A stretch of 11,139 nt of DNA from Chlamydiales bacterium (GTDB lineage: Bacteria > Chlamydiota > Chlamydiia > Chlamydiales > JBDQID01): NCBI GenBank assembly GCA_047611865.1, contig JBLFWS010000111.1, forward strand, positions 1 to 11,139. Direction: 5' to 3'. Made by a program: the position numbers and the translations under genes. The notes under the pieces were generated by a model, which worked only from the letters and a program-made list of their open reading frames with translations, made no database searches and was not told where the DNA came from. Below are positions 1-6,029 of the stretch, piece after piece (position 1 is the first letter of the stretch; every line of letters begins with the position of its first letter).

Positions 1-84
1 TTCTGTTTTAGCTAACCAGCATTGAAAATCAATATCTTGCATAGCATCCCCCAGATCAAAGTTTTCTTCAGTACTTCTTCTAAG

Positions 85-399
85 TTATCGGCTATATGCC
101 TGCATACTTAACTTGGACAGAGCCAAACAATTTCCTATGATCTCTTTTGTTACTTCATCTCCCTTTTCACGAAGAAACTCCTTTTTTTCTCTCGCTCTAG
201 ATGCGCCACCCATTGAAGAACTTCCGCTAATTCCTATTAAAACTGGAGCGGATTCACTTTCCTCAAGTGTAGGAATTACATCTCGACTAGCAACCTCGAC
301 CTGCTTGACAGATCCCTCTCTTACTAAAGATAAAGGCTCAAGTTTTATTGCGTTTGATTTTCCTAAGCTTGGAATTGAGTCTGAGGATGAGCTAAGCAT
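85..399 (-). CDS. hypothetical protein with Ser-rich N-terminus; possibly a pseudogene interrupted by TAA at 85-87
   Basis: ORF track 85..405. ATG at 399-397 is preceded by AAAAGGTG (GTG at 405-403 is an alternative start). The same frame stays open from 84 to the window edge (LRRSTEENFDLGDAMQDIDFQCWLAKTE). No recognisable family. Confidence 0.45.
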   Translation of the reverse strand: MLSSSSDSIPSLGKSNAIKLEPLSLVREGSVKQVEVASRDVIPTLEESESAPVLIGISGSSSMGGASRAREKKEFLREKGDEVTKEIIGNCLALSKLSMQAYSR

Positions 400-672
400 A
401 AACACCTTTTCTATATTAAAACAAACAGCACCTACTACTAGTTATTTTAATACAAAACTTGAATTACATCAATGTCGTGACTTAATTACATACTAACAAA
501 GGTTACTTACTGCGCAAATACCTACATTTTAATACGTTTGCAGAATTCATTGTTCGAACACAATGTGGTTTATTTACTTTTATAAAAGAGAGTATAAGGA
601 TATTAAAAAGGTCAACAAAAAGGTAATAGGGAAATTTCTAAATTAGAATGTGCAGATATTAGACATACCCAC

Positions 673-704
673 AAAAAAATGGGGCCGATAATTCGCCCCC
701 ATTT
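673..704 (-). terminator. Rho-independent terminator of the 718..1062 gene
   Basis: Stem AAATGGGG (677-684) / CCCCATTT (697-704), inner CGA/TCG pairs and a TAAT loop. The A7 run at 673-679 reads as a U-tract on the minus strand, 13 nt past the stop codon. Confidence 0.85.
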
Positions 705-717
705 CAAACAACTTCGT

Positions 718-1062
718 TTATTTTTTCATATCCGAAGCTTCTTTAAACTCCAGAATCATCATACCGTATCCTGCCGCGCCATAAGAATTCAAGGTAGAAG
801 CAAAGGATAGCATTACCCTGGGCTCTTTCTCGCAAGCTGTGTAGATAAGATCTGCAACCCTGCTATCCACAAACCTTTCTTGAATATACGGGCTCTTTCC
901 CAAACTTGACAGTACAGCTTCTTTTACTTGAGCTATTTTCTCATCAGTAACTGTGACTTTTTGATCTGCATTATATTTATCTTTGATATTCAAAATCAAA
1001 GGAATTTCATTCTGTAATAATTCATATCCGGAATTAACATAACTATCTAAACTAGCGGTCAT
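718..1062 (-). CDS. hypothetical protein (114 aa)
   Basis: ORF with an AGGT RBS-like motif, an upstream sigma70-like promoter and a downstream terminator. No recognisable motif. Confidence 0.8.
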   Translation of the reverse strand: MTASLDSYVNSGYELLQNEIPLILNIKDKYNADQKVTVTDEKIAQVKEAVLSSLGKSPYIQERFVDSRVADLIYTACEKEPRVMLSFASTLNSYGAAGYGMMILEFKEASDMKK

Positions 1063-1097
1063 AATGAATACCTATATGTTATAAAAGAGACGGGTAG

Positions 1098-1126
1098 AAC
1101 ATACAACAAACCTATATATCTGACAA
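1098..1126 (-). promoter_or_regulatory. sigma70-type promoter of the 718..1062 gene
   Basis: Minus strand TTGTCA-N17-TATGTT, with TG immediately 5' of the -10 box; about 35 nt upstream of the ATG. Confidence 0.55.
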
Positions 1127-1142
1127 TAAACTCACATGCCAT

Positions 1143-1320
1143 AGCGTTGTTGCATGGTCGACGCCGATACGGTGGGATCACAGAGAAAATGTGAAATATC
1201 TGAGGGAGCGGGGCATACGATCAGGCGTTGAATGCCAAAGTTTGAGAAAGTAGTAGCTCAGTTTCTCCCTGACTCATCCCTCCTCTGTGTTCTCAGTGGT
1301 GATTTTTGCGCAACAAGACC
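1143..1320. mobile_element. MITE-like non-autonomous element with IS903/IS5-like ends
   Basis: Direct repeat ACATGCCAT at 1134-1142 and 1321-1329. Imperfect terminal inverted repeats AGCGTTGTTGCA / GGTCTTGTTGCG (reverse complement of 1309-1320) share the core TTGTTGC. No transposase inside. Confidence 0.6.
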
Positions 1321-1425
1321 ACATGCCATCACAAATTTCAGAATAAACAGCTGTAAATTCATAAAAAAGAATTATTCTTCACTCTTAGTCATAACGACGT
1401 CTTACTCTATAGTATTAAATTCTCA

Positions 1426-1555
1426 TCAAAAGAGTATCGAAGTCTCACATGTGAGAAGGTCAATGGCGGCTTCCAATGAATATCTAGAAGGACTATGTGT
1501 TGCCACAAGGAGATCCGCGTCAGGAAAAGCCTCAGCGTCTCTGGGGTCCGCAAGA
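1426..1555 (-). pseudogene. nagZ: orphan duplicate of the nagZ 3' end
   Basis: Translates as LADPRDAEAFPDADLLVATHSPSRYSLEAAIDLLT-CETSILF*, identical to the NagZ C-terminus up to LLT. There is an in-frame TAA immediately upstream (1558-1560) and no start codon. Confidence 0.85.
1450..1555 (+). repeat. 106-bp direct repeat, copy 1 (partner 2949-3054)
   Basis: Manual alignment at offset 1499: 100/106 identical, no gaps, mismatches at 1453, 1459, 1510, 1516, 1519 and 1537. Confidence 0.97.
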
Positions 1556-1908
1556 TATTAACTCATCAATAAAAATTTATGTTGTACTAGTCGTAATCAG
1601 AATATGCCCCTAACTTGGGCTAATGGGTCTATCTAGTAGTACGTTTTTTTTGTTTCATCTGAAGTTATTTCAGATTTTTCCGGTCAATTCGCGGGAATCC
1701 TTCAGAAATTCAAAACAGAACTTTTGCTTGCGGAAGCGGTCTTCTACAATCCGCCAAGACAAACTGGGACAAAAACTCTATGTCTTCTTTTTCCTGTCAG
1801 GCCCCCGCGACTTCCCTCTAATTCAGGAGCAGGAAGGAGTACTCCACCTCCTCTATACCCAACTCTCGATTTAGAAAGAAAAAAAAATGCGCATTAACTT
1901 TGCAAGTA

Positions 1909-2799
1909 TCATACCCCAGGTTCGCCTTCATGAGACAAAAGTTTTTCTATCGCACCGACGTTACCTTTAAATTCTGCCGCCTGTAAAGGTGTCATACCAA
2001 ATTGGGTTACCTTATTTATGTCAGCTCTGTGAAATAAAAGACTTTCTGTAACGGCTGTGCCATCAACTTCAAATAGTGCTGCTGCGTGAAGTGGAGTCAT
2101 TCCTAAATTGTTTGTCTGATCTACAAAAGCACCTTGCCTTAAGAGACTTTCTGCAATAAATCCATGCCTGTTAAACGCTGCTATGTGAAGCGGAGTATCC
2201 CCACGAGGATCAGCCCTGTTTACATCAGCCCTGTGATGTAAAAGCTTTGTCACCATAGATTCATGATTATTCTGGGTTGCTATGTAGAGCGGTGTCATTC
2301 CATCTCGATGTTCTCGATTTACAGAAGCTCCCTGGTCTAAGAGCCTGTCTGCAATAGCGCTATGTCCATTTTGTGCTGAGATATAGAGGGCCGTCACATC
2401 TTTAGAATTTTGTCTATTTACATCTACTCCTTCTGCCAGAAGACTTTTTACTTTGGCCTCATCCCCACTTTTTGCCGCAATGAAAAGAAGTGGATTAAAA
2501 TTAACACGACAAAGGGGGCAAGTGTCCTTTTTTTCAGTCCAACGCACGATCATTGCTTTTCTAAACATGTGCCTGCAAGGTTGCTTAACTAAAATATCTG
2601 GTGATTCAGTAAGATTAAGTGCCTGAATCATTAAACTTTCTTTTGACTTCTTTTCAACAACTTTACTTACGAGATCCAGATGTTCACTAAAAGGCCTTTC
2701 TCTGTAAGAGTGAGATAAATGTATATTAAATCTTTCTAGAGAAATTGGACACAGATCGTCAGAATTGTAAAAATTCGGATAACGGGGTTCTATTGTCAT
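1909..2799 (-). CDS. degenerate RING/U-box-like domain plus six ankyrin repeats; putative E3 ligase effector
   Basis: N-terminal CPISLE...PCRHMF...IVRW...TCPLCR. About six 33-aa repeats with TPLH/TALY/TPLY...LL..GA.VN consensus. AAGGT RBS-like motif upstream. Confidence 0.92.
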   Translation of the reverse strand: MTIEPRYPNFYNSDDLCPISLERFNIHLSHSYRERPFSEHLDLVSKVVEKKSKESLMIQALNLTESPDILVKQPCRHMFRKAMIVRWTEKKDTCPLCRVNFNPLLFIAAKSGDEAKVKSLLAEGVDVNRQNSKDVTALYISAQNGHSAIADRLLDQGASVNREHRDGMTPLYIATQNNHESMVTKLLHHRADVNRADPRGDTPLHIAAFNRHGFIAESLLRQGAFVDQTNNLGMTPLHAAALFEVDGTAVTESLLFHRADINKVTQFGMTPLQAAEFKGNVGAIEKLLSHEGEPGV

Positions 2800-2936
2800 A
2801 ATAAAATACCTTCATTCATTGAAATAATACTTTAATTTATTATACTAATGCTTTTTTTTAAAAAATAATGATCTCGTGAAAGATACATTAGTCCAGCATA
2901 TACTACTATAGTATCCAGTTAAATTAATGCATATTT

Positions 2937-4445
2937 TCAGATACTAAGTGTAAGAAGATCAATGGCGGCTTCCAATGAATATCTAGAAGGACTATGTGTT
3001 GCCACAAGAAGATCAGCATCAGGAAAAGCCTCAGCATCTCTGGGGTCCGCAAGAAGCAATACGATCGATTCTCTATTTTTCCCTATCTTCTGAAACAAGA
3101 CTGCCTGCACAGGCTGAAGAATAACTTGGTATGCGCAGAAAATAATTCTGTCTGCAGTAAGATTCAAATCCTCAGAAAAGTCGTCAACAAAATGAAAGCT
3201 TATCGAATCCCCCAGGGATGACCAATCAACTTTTTCGACATTTTCTTTCAAGCTTTTAGGAGCCACCACCAAGGTCTTGACAGCTTTATCTGTGAGTTTG
3301 CCCTTTTTCAAAAATATCGTAGATTTTTTTGCTACCTCTTTAGCCAGCTTTTGATGACTCGCCCATTCAGAGATCGAAATTCCCTCACTTCTGTCCATTA
3401 CTTTGTAACGCTGCTTCAATAATAGAATTCTTTCTACCGATTTGTTAAGCCTATCTTCTGAAATACGACCATTCCTTACCGCCTCAAGAACAGCATGGTA
3501 AATTCCTATAATTTCGTGTACGTGCTCTCTTTTGCCGTCTATAAAATCTCTTCCGCCAAAAAGCAGAATATCCACTCCTGCGTTAAAAGCTTGAATGGCT
3601 CCTTCAGCAATGCCCGAACAGCTATTCACAAATCCTCCCATAAAAAGCGAATCTGAGATAACGACTCCACGATACTGAAGATTTTGGCGAAGGAGGGTGG
3701 TAAGAATCTTTTCTGAGAGTGTCGCACAATTGTAAGGATCTATTTTTGGGAAAAGTATATGACCCGTCATGATGGCTGGAGCTTTTCCTGAAAGATTCTT
3801 AAAAGGTAAAAGCTCTGCAGCTTGCAATTCTTCCATCGTCTTATTGACTACAGGTAAAGAAGCATGTGAATCTACATCTGCGTCGCCATGCCCTGGAAAA
3901 TGCTTTGCTGTTGCTATAACTCGTGATTTCAAAAACCCCTCCAAAGCAAGAGCCCCCAACTTGCTCACCTCTTCAGGAACCTGTCCAAAAGAGCGTATAC
4001 CGATAACAGGGTTTTCGTAACGGGTGTTCACATCCACCACTGGAGAAAAATTCATATTGATTCCGGAAGAACGCAATTCTCTGCCCATGGCTTCTGCACA
4101 AGTTCTCGTAAGAGCGGGCTCTTTCGTTGCCGCTAAAGAAAAATTTCCGGGGAACTCGGTGAATCCCTTTTTCAACCTCGTCACACGCCCCCCCTCCTGG
4201 TCGATACCGATGAAGAGTGGTAAGACTCCTTGATCATTAGCTAATGCTTGCAAGCCGCTGCTTAGATTTGTAACTTGTTCATTGCTACTTAAGGCATTAG
4301 ACCATTCATAATAAATGACCCCTCCGATTCTCACCTCTTCAATTAACCTCCTTGCATCGCCATTTGCTTCTTCTCCGTGAAAAAAAGTCATAAACAGCTG
4401 CCCCACTTTTTCTTCCAAAGAGAGCTCTCTTTCCCCAATAAGCAT
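2937..4445 (-). CDS. nagZ: beta-N-acetylhexosaminidase, glycoside hydrolase family 3
   Basis: LEEKVGQLF, IDQEGGRV, NPVIGIRSFG, NagZ signature KHFPGHGDADVDSH and nucleophile motif VISDSLFM. Short C-terminal domain, no signal peptide, RBS AGGTG. Confidence 0.96.
   Translation of the reverse strand: MLIGERELSLEEKVGQLFMTFFHGEEANGDARRLIEEVRIGGVIYYEWSNALSSNEQVTNLSSGLQALANDQGVLPLFIGIDQEGGRVTRLKKGFTEFPGNFSLAATKEPALTRTCAEAMGRELRSSGINMNFSPVVDVNTRYENPVIGIRSFGQVPEEVSKLGALALEGFLKSRVIATAKHFPGHGDADVDSHASLPVVNKTMEELQAAELLPFKNLSGKAPAIMTGHILFPKIDPYNCATLSEKILTTLLRQNLQYRGVVISDSLFMGGFVNSCSGIAEGAIQAFNAGVDILLFGGRDFIDGKREHVHEIIGIYHAVLEAVRNGRISEDRLNKSVERILLLKQRYKVMDRSEGISISEWASHQKLAKEVAKKSTIFLKKGKLTDKAVKTLVVAPKSLKENVEKVDWSSLGDSISFHFVDDFSEDLNLTADRIIFCAYQVILQPVQAVLFQKIGKNRESIVLLLADPRDAEAFPDADLLVATHSPSRYSLEAAIDLLTLSI
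2949..3054 (+). repeat. 106-bp direct repeat, copy 2 (inside the nagZ 3' end)
   Basis: Matches 1450-1555 at 100/106. Confidence 0.97.
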
Positions 4446-4473
4446 TGAAAATCACCTGTTCTTCTGTTACAAA
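4445..4473 (+). promoter_or_regulatory. candidate sigma70-type promoter for the symporter operon
   Basis: TTGAAA (4445-4450)-N17-TACAAA (4468-4473) in the 62-bp divergent gap, overlapping the nagZ start codon and RBS. Confidence 0.35.
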
Positions 4474-4507
4474 ATATCACATCAATTTATTAAGCCCGGA
4501 TTCCTCC

Positions 4508-6028
4508 ATGACCCCATCTACGACATTCACTACTTTGGATTGGTGTGTAGTCGCTGCGTACTTCCTTATAGTCCTTATCATTGGAGCCTACTTTTCCCGA
4601 GGTCAAAAAAACGACAGGGGCTTTTTTCTCGCTAACCGATCCATGCCCATGTGGGCCGTTTCCCTTTCCATTGTTGCTACATCCCTATCGGCCGTGACCT
4701 TTATCGGCGCCCCTCAAGAAGCCTTTCGTGGAGACCTATCCTACCTCATCCTCAATCTCGGCGGGCTGATTGCCGTTGTCATTATCGCCCAATTTTTTAT
4801 TCCCGCCTTTTACCAATCCAATAGCCTCACTATATACGGTTACCTCGAAAAACGCTTCAACTCCAAAGTACGCATTGCTGCTGGGATATGCTTTTTAGGA
4901 GGCCGCCTTCTTGCATCCGGCGCCCGCCTCTTCGCAGCCTCCCTTGCTGTCTCCCTACTTTTTTATGGCAATGCTCAAGGGAGCACCAGCCAGCTTATTA
5001 CTTGCATTGTTATTTTAGGAGCTACCGGTACAATCTATACCTTTTGCGGAGGTATCAAAGCTGTGATATGGACGGATGTTCTCCAAATCTTTGTCGTTAT
5101 TGGATCAGCCCTTCTCAGCATTGCAGTTCTGTACCAAAGCATCCCCCTTTCTTTTGAGGGGATGATCTCCTACTTATCCAATAGTCCAACCCATATTGAT
5201 GGGGGGAACAAGTTATCTGTACTACATACAAGCTTTGACTGGGCTACACCTTATAACATCTGGACAGGCCTTTTCGCCATTGTCTTTCTCAATATTGCCA
5301 GCTACGGCGTCGACCAGGATCTTGTTCAGCGTATGCTCACTTGCAAAAATGCCTGGCAAGGAGGCCTCTCTCTCATTATTTCCAACGTCATTGGGATTGC
5401 TGTAGTCATACTCTTTATGATCATCGGCTTGATGCTTTTTCTATTCAATGACCCTGAAATAATGGGAAGCAATGTCGCAAACTTTCAAGATGGAGCCCTC
5501 ATTTACCCGCAATTTTTAATTCAACATCTCCCTTCCGGTGTATCTGGATTGGCGATGGCGGGACTTCTCGCTGCGGCAATGAGCTCACTCGATTCCGCTA
5601 TCAACGCAATGGCTAGCAGTGTCATTGCCGATGTATGGCGCCCACTAAAAAAAACTAATACAGAAGAGTTCGAAGAAGGTACAAGCACAGCACGATGGAC
5701 TGTCGCCGGTACGGGTCTTGCATTAACTCTTTTTGCTATCTTCGCCGCACTAAGCTATGACCCTAAATCCGACACACTACTGGGCTTTGCTCTTGGTGTT
5801 ATGTCCTATGCATACGCCGGACTCCTTGGAGTATTCTTCACAGGCCTTTTCACCACAAGAGGTAGTACTTTGAGCGTCTACAGCGCTCTTTTTGCCGGAG
5901 CCTTCACCGTCCTTCTTTTACAACCGTATATGCTTCCAGCATTATGCGGTTTCTCTCTAGCGTGGCCTTGGTGGATGGTATTCGGAACAACTGTAAGCTT
6001 TATAACTTGTATAACAGGAAAGAAATAG
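4508..6028 (+). CDS. sodium:solute symporter (SSS/SLC5 family), probably an amino-sugar or muropeptide-sugar importer
   Basis: Many hydrophobic helices and motifs FFLANRSMPMWAVSLSIVATSLSAVTFIG, GGIKAVIWTDVLQ, DQDLVQRML and AAMSSLDSAINA. ATG at 4508 is preferred to TTG at 4445, which overlaps the nagZ start. Substrate inferred from context. Confidence 0.95.
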   Translation: MTPSTTFTTLDWCVVAAYFLIVLIIGAYFSRGQKNDRGFFLANRSMPMWAVSLSIVATSLSAVTFIGAPQEAFRGDLSYLILNLGGLIAVVIIAQFFIPAFYQSNSLTIYGYLEKRFNSKVRIAAGICFLGGRLLASGARLFAASLAVSLLFYGNAQGSTSQLITCIVILGATGTIYTFCGGIKAVIWTDVLQIFVVIGSALLSIAVLYQSIPLSFEGMISYLSNSPTHIDGGNKLSVLHTSFDWATPYNIWTGLFAIVFLNIASYGVDQDLVQRMLTCKNAWQGGLSLIISNVIGIAVVILFMIIGLMLFLFNDPEIMGSNVANFQDGALIYPQFLIQHLPSGVSGLAMAGLLAAAMSSLDSAINAMASSVIADVWRPLKKTNTEEFEEGTSTARWTVAGTGLALTLFAIFAALSYDPKSDTLLGFALGVMSYAYAGLLGVFFTGLFTTRGSTLSVYSALFAGAFTVLLLQPYMLPALCGFSLAWPWWMVFGTTVSFITCITGKK

Positions 6029-6029
6029 T

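Noticed and set aside
113..496. 127-aa plus-strand ORF
   Set aside because: TTG start, antisense to the better-supported minus-strand ORF, no recognisable motif.
528..539. TTTAATACGTTT repeated at 10827-10838
   Set aside because: A 12-bp AT-rich match with only weak similarity beyond it; cannot be told from chance, although it may be an eroded relative of the 10810 element.
1232..1561. 109-aa plus-strand ORF
   Set aside because: It starts inside the MITE-like element and ends antisense to the nagZ fragment; probably a chance composite frame.
1657..1679. ATCTGAA/TTCAGAT hairpin with T-run as a terminator
   Set aside because: Weak AT-rich stem, and no supported plus-strand gene ends just upstream.
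1623..1874. 83-aa plus-strand ORF
   Set aside because: No clear RBS or motif and Phe/Leu-biased; not supportable as a gene in this frame.
1450..3054. Diversity-generating retroelement TR/VR pair: all six mismatches are at adenines of the 2949-3054 copy on the plus strand, and copy 1 sits at the 3' end of ORF 1232..1561
   Set aside because: There is no reverse transcriptase in the window. Five of six changes are A/G transitions, and all are synonymous third positions in both the nagZ frame and the 1232..1561 frame, so nothing is diversified. The would-be TR is inside an enzyme gene.
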